This document shows positions 40,441 to 53,985 of a DNA stretch of 64,000 bases, in pieces; the first letter of the stretch is position 1, and the number at the start of each line of letters is the position of its first letter. The DNA is taken from NCBI RefSeq assembly GCF_009914755.1, contig NC_060928.1. The stretch is one strand, 5' to 3'. Below the pieces are notes generated by a model that was not told the DNA's origin, did no database searches, and was given only the letters and a program-made list of their open reading frames with translations. Position numbers and translations under genes: made by a program. This DNA comes from the human T2T-CHM13v2.0 reference genome, Homo sapiens.

Positions 40441-43400
40441 TCACAATATACTCGCAAGAGAGAGAGACAATAATCGTATCCTCATTTAACTCATGTCCTT
40501 CTCACACGAATGCTGAGAATGAATACAGGAGGTTCTTTATGACCCTTTCATAGATTAAAAAAAAATCATTGACTCTAGGGGGAATACACTTTTCCCAAGG
40601 GTATCACAAATGCTAAGGCCTGAATTCATTTATTCATATGCAGTACCCCAAATCCCCAACTTAACCCTCTGTGTTGCCCCCTAACCTTAGCTGCTGATCA
40701 CAGCCATGACTCTTCTGCCTCTGGATGCAGACTTGGCATCTGCTGGGTGTGGCCTCCCAAGCCTCACATTGACCACATTGACAGCCATAACCCCCTCCTT
40801 TGTGATTGGCCTCTGCTGACCTTCACTGGTTTCGTGGCTCCCAGGACAATGGACTGAGGACCACAGGGAGTGGAATAAGAACGGAGTTTGGAGAATACAG
40901 GAACACTTATCACCTCTAGGTCTCAGCCAGGTCCCTGAGCACCTGCCATCCCCTCCACACTTCACGGTATCCCTGAACAAGTTACCTGCAGACAACAAGC
41001 CACTGACCCAAGGGGAATGGGAGAGAACTGCACTTGGTGAGCACCTGCAATGTGTAGGAGTTTGCACAAGTGATTTCCTTGAGTTATCTCTTTCAAGAGG
41101 TATAATATGTGTTATAATCTTCACTTGTACATGTATTTATTCATTCAACACTAGTTAAGGACCAGCTATGTTCTAGCCACTGAGTAGAGATAAATATAAG
41201 ACACATTCCTTCTCTTCAAGGGATGCTTGAAGAGTGGGTGACAGGCCCCAAATCACCCAGCTAGGAAGTGTGGCAGGAACAGAAAACCATCATCTCTCCA
41301 GCCTAAACTCATCACCTTTTCCATCCTCAGTGAACTTGTTGGACCAGCAGCCTTCATCATCTGAAAAGTCTATTAATAATACAGAGATTATGATTCAGTA
41401 GGTCTTGCAAGAGGCCCTATAGTTGGCATTTTTACCAATGTCACACCAAGAGATTCTGATCCTAGCAAACTTCAGATCATACTTTAAAAGCTATGGCCTC
41501 AGACAACTATATAAGTAATGCAGGAGCACTGACCATCTTCCCTAAGATCCTGCTTGGTGCAGAGAGAGCAGACATCCTCCTACCTTGGGGAGACTGAGTC
41601 GACTGGAAAGAAGAGTGCAATTACTGCATCCAGCCAAATTTGGAAGCAATATAACAAGTGTTACATCTGAGGCCAGGAATGCAGCCCTGCTAGAACGCTG
41701 CAGTGCTGGCAGGGCGCGTGTGGGTGGCGCAGCCTGAGAGTCCCACCCCCACACTCACATCATGTCATGCTATTATGACCGGTGTTCCTCCGTACTGCTG
41801 TCCTTCCATGTGATTATCGCATTGTGGCTTTCAGTCCCACAATCCTAAGGGATGAGCCACCTGGGTCCTTATGTAGGCAGGTGCTCTCAGTAAACACCCT
41901 CCCCAAGTAACTGCACAGCTAGAGTTAACCCCAGGCAACTGGACTCAACAGGAAATCACCCAGAGCCACCAACTAAGACAGAGAATGGGAGCATAATGAA
42001 CCCATCTGGACAGAGGAGCTGAGCCCAGATGAGCTGGGGACAACTGAGATGGTAGAAAGAGTACTGAGATGAGAGTCCTGGGTTCCAGACCCAATTACTG
42101 ACTGCAGGATCCTCAGCAAGTCATGTCCCCTTTCTGGGCCGTTGTATCCTCATGAGTAAGATCCTTTCCAGCTCTGATTTTCTGAGCCCTTGATTTTATT
42201 ACAGGGTGAAGACACTTGCTCGGCTTGAAATGGGAAGCCTGAGATCCACTCCTGGCGCTTTTCTCATTGCAGCCTTCACTCCTGGAAAACTGGTCCACTC
42301 CTTTCCCCGGAAGGCATCTGAGTCACTCCCATCCTAATTCCCTCCTCCCTCCCTATATGTGTGTAGGGCTACTGGGATATCTCATAGAATGATTCGGAAA
42401 GGGAAAGGAAATGGGAATATTCCAAAAGCAAAAGTTTGTAGCCCCCATTTCTAGTATGCTACCATTAGTTACTGCCAGTACCACCACCTTCCAGCCTTTG
42501 TATCTTTCTGATTTAAATATTAAATTCTAGGAGAGGGAGAATTTCATTGCCCAGGTGGGGCTGGATGCCTAGTCCTGTCTCAACCAGGTATGGCCAGGTG
42601 GGCAGGGTCACTAAATGGAAATATGGCCAGTTAGAGTCCACTGCATGTTAGAGGCAGGCTACAGAAAAGGAGGCTGCCATACCAGGGCTGAACACAGTAA
42701 TAATTCCTGGGGGACTCGAGCCTTTCCTGTCCTTCCAACTCTTCTCTACCACTGATGCTCTGTCCTTTCCTAGGCCTACATGGGCTCCTGCAGGATGCAA
42801 AACTCAGTGCTCAGGACAGCACTGAGCACTCTCAGCCTGATCCTCCACAAAGCACATGTTATTCACTCTGTCTCCAGAGGTCAGCCTTCACTCAGAGCTC
42901 ATGAATTCTGGAGCTGAGTAAAACACTGACTATGATCCATCACAGCAGAACAGTCAGCTTACTGCCATCTTCCAGGAATCCTGCCAGAAAATCTTTATGG
43001 GGCGTTTATTATATTGTAAAGGTCTATACTCAGTGCTGTGGATAAATACAAGCTCAGACATACATAGACTCTCTTCCCAAGAAGGCCATATAGGAGAGAG
43101 AATAGAAAACAGATAACAATGTAACTAAACAGTTCCCAAGAACTTTCAGGAGCCAAGCACAGAAAGCAGTGGGAGAACTTTGGGAAAGGAGAGAGGTCAG
43201 TAAAGCATTTCCAGGGAAGGTGACACCTGGTAAATTGCATCTTAGATGAAGAGTAGCAGTCAGCCAGAAGAAAAGATGGAAGACAGTTTCAGGCAGAAGT
43301 AACAGCCTGGGAAAAGGCTCAGAGGCATACTACAGTACAGGAAAGGAAGAGCTTGTCTATGTGAGGCGAACCGAACATGTGAGACACACAGTCCGGTGAA

Positions 43401-43489
43401 GTTGAGATTGGAGGGCTGGGCAGGCGTTATACCATGCTAAACTGAGCGGATCCTGCTGAACCTGCTGAGCAGTGTGGAGGAGTGGGAAA

Positions 43490-44906
<1,417 letters not shown>

Positions 44907-46098
44907 TTATATTTATAACCCAACCCTCTAACACCACACTACTGGCCCATAGTAGATGATCAATAAATGTAAGTTGAATTCATTGACTGAAAGAACTAGC
45001 CCAGGAATGGCAAATATAGAACAGTTTTAGCTTCCAAGTTACAACAATTATTGCCTTTTTGAAAATAATTGAGACTCAGCCCCAGAATCCTTAAGCACTA
45101 TCGAGTAATTAGAATTGTCATGCAGATTTAATCTATTTGCCATTCCTGGTGTAGACTAAACAATCAGGACAGGACTTTTCATCAGAGTTGTTCAATAGAG
45201 CCTCATTAGCCCAGCTTCAGGAGGAACCACAAACCATCTGCTAAGAGTCTTGCAGCGGGAATTCCTGCTCTGGTGGAGCCTGAACCAGGTGATCGCTAAG
45301 GCCCTTCAGAGAGTCTGTGGTTCAGATGGCAATTCCTTCTAACATGCAGCTGTTCAAAGCACAAAGAGAAAAATCCAACCTAGCCTAGGGTTAATAAGGG
45401 CAAACTAAATCTTTCCTAAAACTTCCTTCTATGCATTTTTTCTCCCTCTTATCTTTACTGGCCTCCTGAAATGTCTTATCTGCAAAGACATGATTCTGTT
45501 CTAAATCTCTGTCTATGAACACAGTTATCATTTTTGCTTCTTCCACACGATAACATTAACCTAACTTACCCATTCAGCCATAGGCAGACTGTCTTCATCT
45601 CTAAATGATGCACTCCCCCACATAAAATAAAGGCAGACACTTTTATTCTTTAGTCCCAAGTACTTAGCATTATGAAGAGACAGCTGCTGCAGACAAATCT
45701 TGGGTCTTTGGAACCTTAATACTTTGAAATTTATTCCTCTTCACCACCTGGAGGCTCATGAGTCCATTTGTGGACTCTCCCACCTAATGCTGCCTTGCAA
45801 GTTAATGAGCAGTTGGTACATAGACATGCAAGTTATAACTCTTCTATAACTGCCTACATCCATATTGCAGTTGAAAGGGCAGAAAATTAACCACTAGAAG
45901 TGTCTCAGTGCCCTCTATCTCCTCTCACCTTTATTCATTACTTCAACGAACATGTACTGCATGCCAGATTCCACACTGTTTTCTAGAATAGAATCGAGAG
46001 GTACAGTGAGGAATAAGATTTGGTTTTCTTTCCCACCTGGGGCTCATAAATGGGCTTTACAAGTTCTATATGTCCTTCTGAAATGACATTCAAAATGC

Positions 46099-46101
<3 letters not shown>

Positions 46102-46143
<42 letters not shown>
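46102..46143. repeat. (GT)n microsatellite
   Basis: Read directly from the sequence. Confidence 0.97.
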
Positions 46144-46144
<1 letters not shown>

Positions 46145-46239
46145 TGCCTCCAGAAAGAGGTTTATAATTTTCATCAGATTTAGAATCCAAAAGAGCTAGG
46201 GATCAATGGGAACCTAAAGTCAGCTTTGACACTTCCCTT

Positions 46240-47000
46240 TCTGTCATCCCAGATGACATACAAACGAATCACCAAGGATTGCCAGGTTTGTTTTTCATTT
46301 TCCCCTAAATTGCTCTAGATCTATCTCCCACTGTCCATCCCCCACCTTAGTTCAAGCTACCCTCATTTCATTAGTTAACAGCCCTGCCTCCTACATGGCA
46401 TCTCTGCCATCCTCCAATCTATTCTCCATACTGAAGTCAGAGCATATTTTCAGCTCTCTAATCTGATCATTTCGACCTCTTGCTTAAAACCTTTCAATGG
46501 CTTCCCACTGCTCTGAGCATAAATGCCAAGCTATAAACATTCCCATGAGCATTTGCAATCACGACACATTGTTCTCTACTATTCTCTTCGCTCTGTGAAC
46601 TCCAGCCTCATGCAACTTCATTTTCATCTTTAAATTCTCTTTCCACTCTCCTGCCATGGGGCTTGAGCACATTCTGCAATCTCTACCTGAAAGGCTTCTT
46701 CTCCTCTCCCTTCACCAAATTATATTGTAATAATCACTTCTACCACCCACTTCCCCTGACCTCCCTGACTAGGCTAAACGAGCTATTGTAAAACCTCCTA
46801 GCTCCATGAACTTCATACTCTTTGTCCAAGTTAGAATTGTGCAAACTTTATATGATCCATTGATTAATATTTACCCTTCAGCAAACCTGACTATGCATCA
46901 TTGTATCCTAGGGCTTACAGAAACACTGGATACATAGAAGGCAAATGCTTGATTAATACTCAGTGAATGAACAAATGAATAACTGAGTGGATGAATAAAG
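46240..47000 (+). mobile_element. L2 3' region
   Basis: tgcttaaaacctttcaatggcttcccactgctct ... ends in tgaatgaacaaatgaat repeats. Confidence 0.7.
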
Positions 47001-47273
47001 AAGTAATGTAGCAGATGCTAAAAATAAAAGAAAGCACTGAGCATTGCCACAGCACAAAAAAAGGGACACATATCTTTAGGAGGTCATAAGGGCACGGATT
47101 GTACCTCCTATATCTTTAGTGTGTCCAGAGGTTATGATGCATGCATATATGCAATGTACATTGACTGAAAATATTAAATAGCAACTAAATCTGCCTGGAT
47201 GAGTGACAGGAGGCTTCAAGAAGACTTAGCATTTGACATCAGTCATAAAGGAAAACTAAAACTATGCAGATCA

Positions 47274-47754
47274 GGCCAGGCATGGTGGCTCACACCTGTA
47301 ATCCCAGCACTTTGGGAGGCCGAGATGGGTGGATCACCTGAGGTCGGGAGTTCGAGACCAGTCTGACCAACATGGAGAAACCCCGTTTCTACTAAAAATA
47401 CAAAATTAGCCAGGCATGGTGTTGCATGCCTGTAATCCCAGCTACTCAGTACGGCTGAGGCAGGAGAATTGCTTGAACCTGGGAAGCGGAGGTTGCGGTG
47501 AGCCGAGATCACACCATTGCACTCCAGCCTGCGCAAGAGGAGAGAAATTCGGTCTTAAAAATAATAATAATAATAATAATACAAAATTAGCCCAGCATGG
47601 TGGGGCATGCCTGTAATCCCAACTACAAGGGAGGCTGAAGCAGGAGAATCTCTTGAACTCCGGGAGACAGAGGTTGCAGTAAGCCGAGATCGCGCCATTG
47701 CACTCCAGCCTGGGCAGCAAGAGCAAAACTCCGGCTCAAAAACAAACAAACAAA
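47274..47754 (+). mobile_element. Trimeric Alu (AluSp-like): left arm, right arm, (AAT)n, second right arm
   Basis: acatggagaaacccc diagnostic; second tacaaaattagcc right arm from about 47580; flanking 16-bp repeat 13/16 identical (47258-47273 and 47755-47770). Confidence 0.9.
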
Positions 47755-47899
47755 AAAAGTATTTAGATCAAAGGGAGAAAGAGGCAGGCAAGTGGCATTT
47801 CAGACAGAAGAAAAGGCAGGTACAAAGGCATGAAGCCACAGAAAAGGAGGAAAAGTTCTTTGCAGAAAAAAGAGATTAGGTGAAGTAAACATGGAGATA

Positions 47900-48268
47900 C
47901 ACTTCCTAGATCCTCCTTCTGAGAGGGAAAAATTTTGTTTTCCCAGATGCTGGAAACATTCGCAGAGAAACATCTCCAGCGGTCAGCTCCTCAGGGGTGG
48001 CCTGGGCTGCAGAGAGCCATCTTACCCAAGGTCACACCATCCCAGAAGCAGCCCCCTCCCCACCACTGCTCAGACATTTGGGTCCACTGAGGGAAAATCT
48101 TAGCAGCAATTTTTCTCCAGAGCTCCCACTGGGGTAGGCAGAGGCCACCATTGGTACTGCATTACCATAGTTTATCTCTTCCCTCCATCCTTCCCCTCAC
48201 AGGTGTTGATCTCACCTGAACACTAAACTCTGCACTTGAGTCTGCTTCTCAGAGAACCAGACTGCAAG
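47900..48268 (+). mobile_element. ERVL LTR (LTR16-like)
   Basis: gtcagctcctcagggg..gctgcagagagcc..cccaaggtcacacc; end ttgagtctgcttctcagagaacc. Confidence 0.65.
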
Positions 48269-49561
48269 CCTGGGTTATGCCATGAGTGGGTTTATGCAGA
48301 GGAATCAACTAGAAAGGTAGTTAAGAGAAGGATGGTGAGGGTTCTGCAATGCTGGGCCAATAGGTATGAGCTTACGCAGTTGGCAGTGAGAGACTGGGGG
48401 CCTTGTAATCGGAGGGTGCTGAGTTTAGGGTCTTTTATTGGAAAGACTTCTCTGGCTTCTGTGCAATGACTACATTAGAAGGAGGCAGAGAGGCGTGCTA
48501 AAAGGCCATTGGGTTAGTACAGGGAGGAGAAATGTGAGTTCCAAGATGGAGAAATAACCGATCATGGAGAGGAGGGGTGGTGTTGAGCAATTTAGGAGGA
48601 AAAATCAAAAGCCCCTCATGACACATTGACTATAGGGACAGAGTAAGGATGAATGGATAATGACACAGAAAGAGTGTGCTAATTCATTCCTAGGTGTGGC
48701 AGGGAGATTACTCCTAATTTAAAATTGCAACTTGCAAGAGGAGTTCTTTCTCCCAAGGCCTTTTCCAAGGCACTCCAGGTAGCAGAGAATTCAAATGGTA
48801 GCTAGAATTCTCCTTTAGCTTGAAATACATAATAAACCAGCAATGTCTTCTACAAAAAGCATCATTAACAAAGTTTGTGTTTGTTCATCAGTTAAGATCT
48901 TGGGGCTTTTTGCCTGATATCATTAATCGTCACGCTTGCTAAAGAACATTCTTCTATCAAACAGACCGGGATTCAAATAAAAGGAGCAAACATATGAATA
49001 TGCAAGAAGGAAGGCCAAATTATTAATGCAGAATGAAGAAGAATCTGGCAGGAATATCCTTCATTCAACAAGTATTTATTGAGCGTCCTCTACATGCTAA
49101 CCATTATGCCAGGGGCTGGGAATACAATGACGAGCAAAATGCTGCAGATTTCATGCCAGGAAGCAAGCACACATCTGAAGGAATTTTACATAAATACATA
49201 ATGTGTTGCTGGTTCCAGCATGCCCCTCTTCATCGGTTTAGTTCAAATGTACTCCTATAACTCTTACTTTTGCACTGAAATTTCCTTCTGTTTTTTTTTT
49301 CTCATTCATTGTGGCATAATAGAAAGAGTAGACAGGCATACCAATTGCCTTACTAATCATATGACCTTGAGTAAATTACACATCCTTCCAATGGGGCCAA
49401 TTATACCAATCTCCGAGGGTATGCTTGAAAATACATTAAGATACTGTGTACCACAGCCAGTTAGCTATACAACATATCATATAAGCCTTTATGTGAATTC
49501 AACTATACCAAATTGGGATGGGAATGAGGGTAAGTGAGAAATAATAATTTAAATATATGAC

Positions 49562-49736
49562 AAGGGCTGACTATATAATTTGTAGGGACCAGAGGAAAGT
49601 AAAATTGAGAGACTCCCTATTCAAAAATTAAGAATTTCAAGACAGTGATAGCAGAGCATTGGGCCAAGCACAGGGTTCTTCTGAGTGTGAGGCCCTTTAC
49701 AATGGCACAGAATGCACAACCATGAGGTCGGCCCTG
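49562..49736 (-). mobile_element. MER45A-like hAT DNA transposon
   Basis: agggctgactatataatttg..ttcaaaaattaagaatttcaagacagtgatagcagagcatt..catgaggtcggccctg. Confidence 0.75.
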
Positions 49737-49925
49737 GACTTTCTTACTCCCCTGCATATCTAACATGGTGAATAAGTTCTATGATCAATATGATCTTAAT
49801 TCTAAAATATATGTCTTGTTTACTTGGTTTTTGTTCACTTTGGCCGCTAACCAGAAGCGACCTTATTTTCATGGGCATAAAACCATATATGCAATCATTT
49901 GGCTTAAGGGATTTTCAAGGGTAGT

Positions 49926-50294
49926 TGTATTAGTCCATTTTCATGCTGCTGATAAACACATACCTGAAACTGGGAACGAAAAGAGGTTTAAGTGGACTTG
50001 CAGTTCGACGTGGCTGTGTAGGCCTCAGAGTCATGGTGGGAGGCGAAAGGCACTTCTAACATGGCAGAGGCAAGAGACAAATGAGGAAGAAGCAAAAGCA
50101 GAAACCCTTGATAAACCCATCAGACCTTGTGAGACTTACTCACTATCACGAGAACAGCACAGGAAAGACCAGCACAGGAAAGACCGGCCCCCATGATTCA
50201 ATTACCTCCCCATGGGTTCCTCCCACAATATGTGGGAATTCTGAGAGATACAATTCAAGTTGAGATTTGGATGAGACACAGCCAAACCATATCA
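49926..50294 (-). mobile_element. THE1-type MaLR solo LTR
   Basis: tgtattagtccattttcatgctgctgata...cagccaaaccatatca; TSD gtagt/gtcgt; internal 15-bp tandem duplication cagcacaggaaagac. Confidence 0.9.
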
Positions 50295-52535
50295 GTCGTT
50301 TTTACTCTATTTTCCCATTACACACTGGTTTCCTAAAGCCTGCAGGAGGTGAAAGCTCACCATAGCTGTCATTTCTGCTGAGCCTTTGACAGTAGGAGTC
50401 AACCTTGTGCCCAAGTCTGGATCACATGCTTTGCAGTGAGAACTTCATTCAAGCCACACAGCAAGCCTGCAGGATAAATAATACCATCCTCATTCTCTAG
50501 AGGAGGGAGAAACAGAGCCTCAGAGCAGGGAAGCAATTTGCTTAAAGTTACCCAGAAAATAAGTGGCAGATTTGGGATTCAAATACGGGTCTTTGGAGCA
50601 CACTGTCCACATTCATTCACTGATATCTTAATAAATGGTTGTTCCTTCCAACTCTCTTCTGCAAATCTTGCCCTAACCTTTTGAAATGAAGAATTGTTTG
50701 GCAAATTAGGAACCTGATTTTCTGCATCCTGGTAGCAGAGAATGGCTTGCCAATTCAGTTCAGGCACGTAATGCTGGAGGCAGAGCAACAGAAGAGCCTG
50801 AAAGTCTGACCTGTGCTTCTAGAGCTCTGATTGCCACATGATGAAAACTCAGGGCTGACATCACCAGTCTCCAGCCTCCCAAACATGAGCCCATGTGGAG
50901 AGAATGTTATAAAGAGGAAAAAAATAAAGGTCATGTTAGAGTGAATGATAGGTATAATTAATGTTACTGACAATGAAAAGCTTAGGTGCTGAGAGAAAAA
51001 TGAGTCAGCAGTGAGCTTGATGTTGAAACTACATGCTGCCTTGTTGCTCAAATACTTACCTATTAGGAAAAAAGAGCAATTTCCTGATCAATGCACACAA
51101 AATTCTGGGTTGAGAACACTAAGTGAAAAGTGGGAAAAAAGCCACTTGTGTGTTTTATTTCCAGCATGTGCACAGCCACATTTATGCATAATTTTGGGTT
51201 TGTCATTCCCCTTTATGAGTTTTTGTGATCTCAGTGTTTTAGCATGAAGGCCTTTCATAATCTGATCGTATCTTCCCTTTCTATGATCGTCCTCCCTAGT
51301 CTCTTCTCTAAATATCCAAATATTACTTCGTCATTCCAGAAGCAGCTCTACCTAGACATGAAGCCTTCCCTGGTCTCCAAATCAGAAATGCAGGCCATGA
51401 ATGGGCATGAGCTGTTTGTTGAATGATGAGAAATTCAGTTTATTCCCTGATTTTAACTGGGAATGGCCTCATTCACCTCTCCACCTGGCAGGCATCTCCT
51501 CTCCATATTGACTCAATCACCTCTTTCTCCAGGTGTCCTCAGCACTTACTTCATACATCTATTATTGAGCTCAACAAGATGCACTGTACGACATATCTTT
51601 CCATTCCCCTAATAATATCTGATGTATCACTGAATTAATACATGGGGGTGTCTTCCCCATTAAACCATGGGATTTGTGAGAGTAACATCTTTATATTGCT
51701 CATCGTTGCAGCTCCCTCTGTGCTTGGCATAATATTTTGAACAAAATATGTGCTCAATAAATATTAACTAGATGTATTTACATCCATCAGGATTGCTTTT
51801 AATGATTACAGATCTGGCTTTTGGTGCCTCTTGTAAACAGAGGCAGTCTGATTATTTGATAACACAAAGATCTTACCAGACTGCAGGAGGGGTGTGAGGG
51901 AAAATATGTTCTGGACTGACACAGATGCTGCTGAATTAATAATTAAAAATTGCGTGCGATGTATAAATGATAGAACATCAAATTAGAAAGGACAACACAA
52001 TGGTCTGTTTCCTGTTGAAAAAGAATTATCTGGTCCACTAATGAAGTAGAGCCATTAGTCTTGGCCATAGGAAATTAATAGCTACCTTCTTGTAGTGACT
52101 TGCCATGTGCCAAGTGTTTGCTGAGCCCTTTAGAATATTATCACATTAAATCCTTCCAACAGCCCTATGAAGAAGGTAGTACTTGTATCATCCCTTCCAT
52201 ATTCCTTTTTGGAGAGCAAGCTTGGGAGAAGTATGATAACTTGCCTAAAATTGCAGAGCCATGAAAGAACTGGATTCAAATCCAGGTATGTTGCTTCCAA
52301 AGTCCATGTTCTAAACTAGTCTGCTCTGTAGGTAAAATAAGGATGTCAGGTGATGTTTTTCAGCTCAGTTATAAGTGGAATCATCTATTCCATAGACTCC
52401 AGTCTCCTCATTCTACAAATGATAAAACTGAGACTCAGAACAATAAAGGAATGTAGGATCTTAGAATCTCATGGCTGAAATGAACATTAAAATTCATCTA
52501 GTCAAATATTCCTACATCCACCTGCTGACAATGTC

Positions 52536-52836
52536 TAACAACTTTGTTGAGATATAATTCACACATCATACAACTCACCCAATTTAAGTTACAATTCAGT
52601 AGTTTTTAATATATCCACAGTTATATGTTGATTACCACAATTTAATTTTAGAACATTTTATCACCCCCAAAAGAAATCTCATATCCATTAGCTGTGCTCC
52701 ACATCCCAGCCCCAACCCCAGCCTTAAACAACCATGAATCTGTCTCCATGGATTTGCCTATTCCAAATATTTCATAGAAATTGAACTATACAATATGTGG
52801 TCTCCTGTGCTTGTCTTCTTTCACTTAGCATAACAT
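52536..52836 (-). mobile_element. L1MB-like 3' end
   Basis: aacaactttgttgagatataattcacacatcatacaactcaccc...cttctttcacttagcataa. Confidence 0.8.
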
Positions 52837-53008
52837 ATGCTTTTGAATATCTTGAAGTCACCTGAATACACAGCAGCAAATTTTTGGCAGCAACAATGAG
52901 TGGCTGGTGGGTGGGGAACATTTCCTCCAAATAATCTTCATTAGCCCCACCCCAATAGCTACCCCAAAATAAAAATAAAATTTAAATTAAGAGAGTATGT
53001 TTGATATT

Positions 53009-53394
53009 TGTTATGGTTTGAATTGTGTTTCCCCCTAATATTCATATGTTGAAGTTCTAACCCCAGTATCTCAGAATGTGAGCTCATTTGGAAACACAGG
53101 CTTTACAGAGGTAATGAAGTTAAAATGAAGTCATTAGAGTGGGCTTATATGATGGGTGTCCCCAGACACACGGGGAGAATGCCATATGAAGACTGGGTTT
53201 TGCCACCACAAGCCAAGGAACTATCAGATGTTAGGAAAGAGGCCCAGAACAGATCCTTCTCTCAGATGAAACGAACCCTGCCAACAGCTTGATTTTGGAC
53301 TTCTGGCCTCCAGAACTATGAGAGAACCCATTTCTATTGTTCAGGCAACTCAGTTTGGGGTATTTTGTTGTAGCAGCCCTAGCAAACTAATACA
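53009..53394 (+). mobile_element. MaLR solo LTR (MLT1B-like)
   Basis: tgttatggtttgaattgtg...gcagccctagcaaactaataca; TSD atatt/acatt. Confidence 0.88.
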
Positions 53395-53650
53395 ACATTT
53401 AAACACAGCTTCTGCACAAATTTCCTAGTCATCGTCTCTGACAAGTACAATGCTACTCTGAGGCTCCTCGTCAGGCAAAATCTGAAAGTCAACATTTGTT
53501 TAAAATCAAATCCATGAGATTTTCACCTAAGCCTGGACTTCTTTCAGAGCTCCCTATTTCAGGCAATGGCAACACTAGCCAAACAAATATGCAAGCCAGA
53601 ATTCTAGAGTCATCATTGACTTCTCTTCTCTTTTATGCCTACTTTCTCAC

Positions 53651-53651
<1 letters not shown>

Positions 53652-53686
<35 letters not shown>
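53652..53686. repeat. (CA)n microsatellite
   Basis: Read directly from the sequence. Confidence 0.95.
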
Positions 53687-53687
<1 letters not shown>

Positions 53688-53689
53688 TT

Positions 53690-53985
53690 TAGGTCAAGAG
53701 TATTTCACAAGAGAATTCTATCAAGCCTATGAAGACAAATCAACCAAATACCTTTTAGAATGTTCCAGATCATTAAAACCTAAACCTCGACATTCCTTCA
53801 TGAAGCCAGCAAAATGTTAGAATCTGAAAAAAACAAACAAACAAAAAGAAAAAAATGGAAACGTAATAAAGGATCTCTATACAAACCGTAGCTAAGACAC
53901 AAGGCTGCATAATCTATGGGTGTTTAAAAGAATAATATAGCATGACCAAATACAAATTGATTCAGGAATTTAAGCCTACTTCCTT
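53690..53985 (+). mobile_element. Ancient L1M ORF2 relic from the start of the RT region
   Basis: Translation EYFTREFYQAYED resembles L1 DGFTAEFYQTFKE; downstream aaaagaataatatagcatgaccaa resembles KKIIHHDQ. Confidence 0.6.

Noticed and set aside
41690-41740. Small CpG patch with tgcagtg...ggtggcgc as a CTCF site
   Set aside because: The 5' half of the core (CCAC/CAG) does not match, and the patch is too short for a CpG island.
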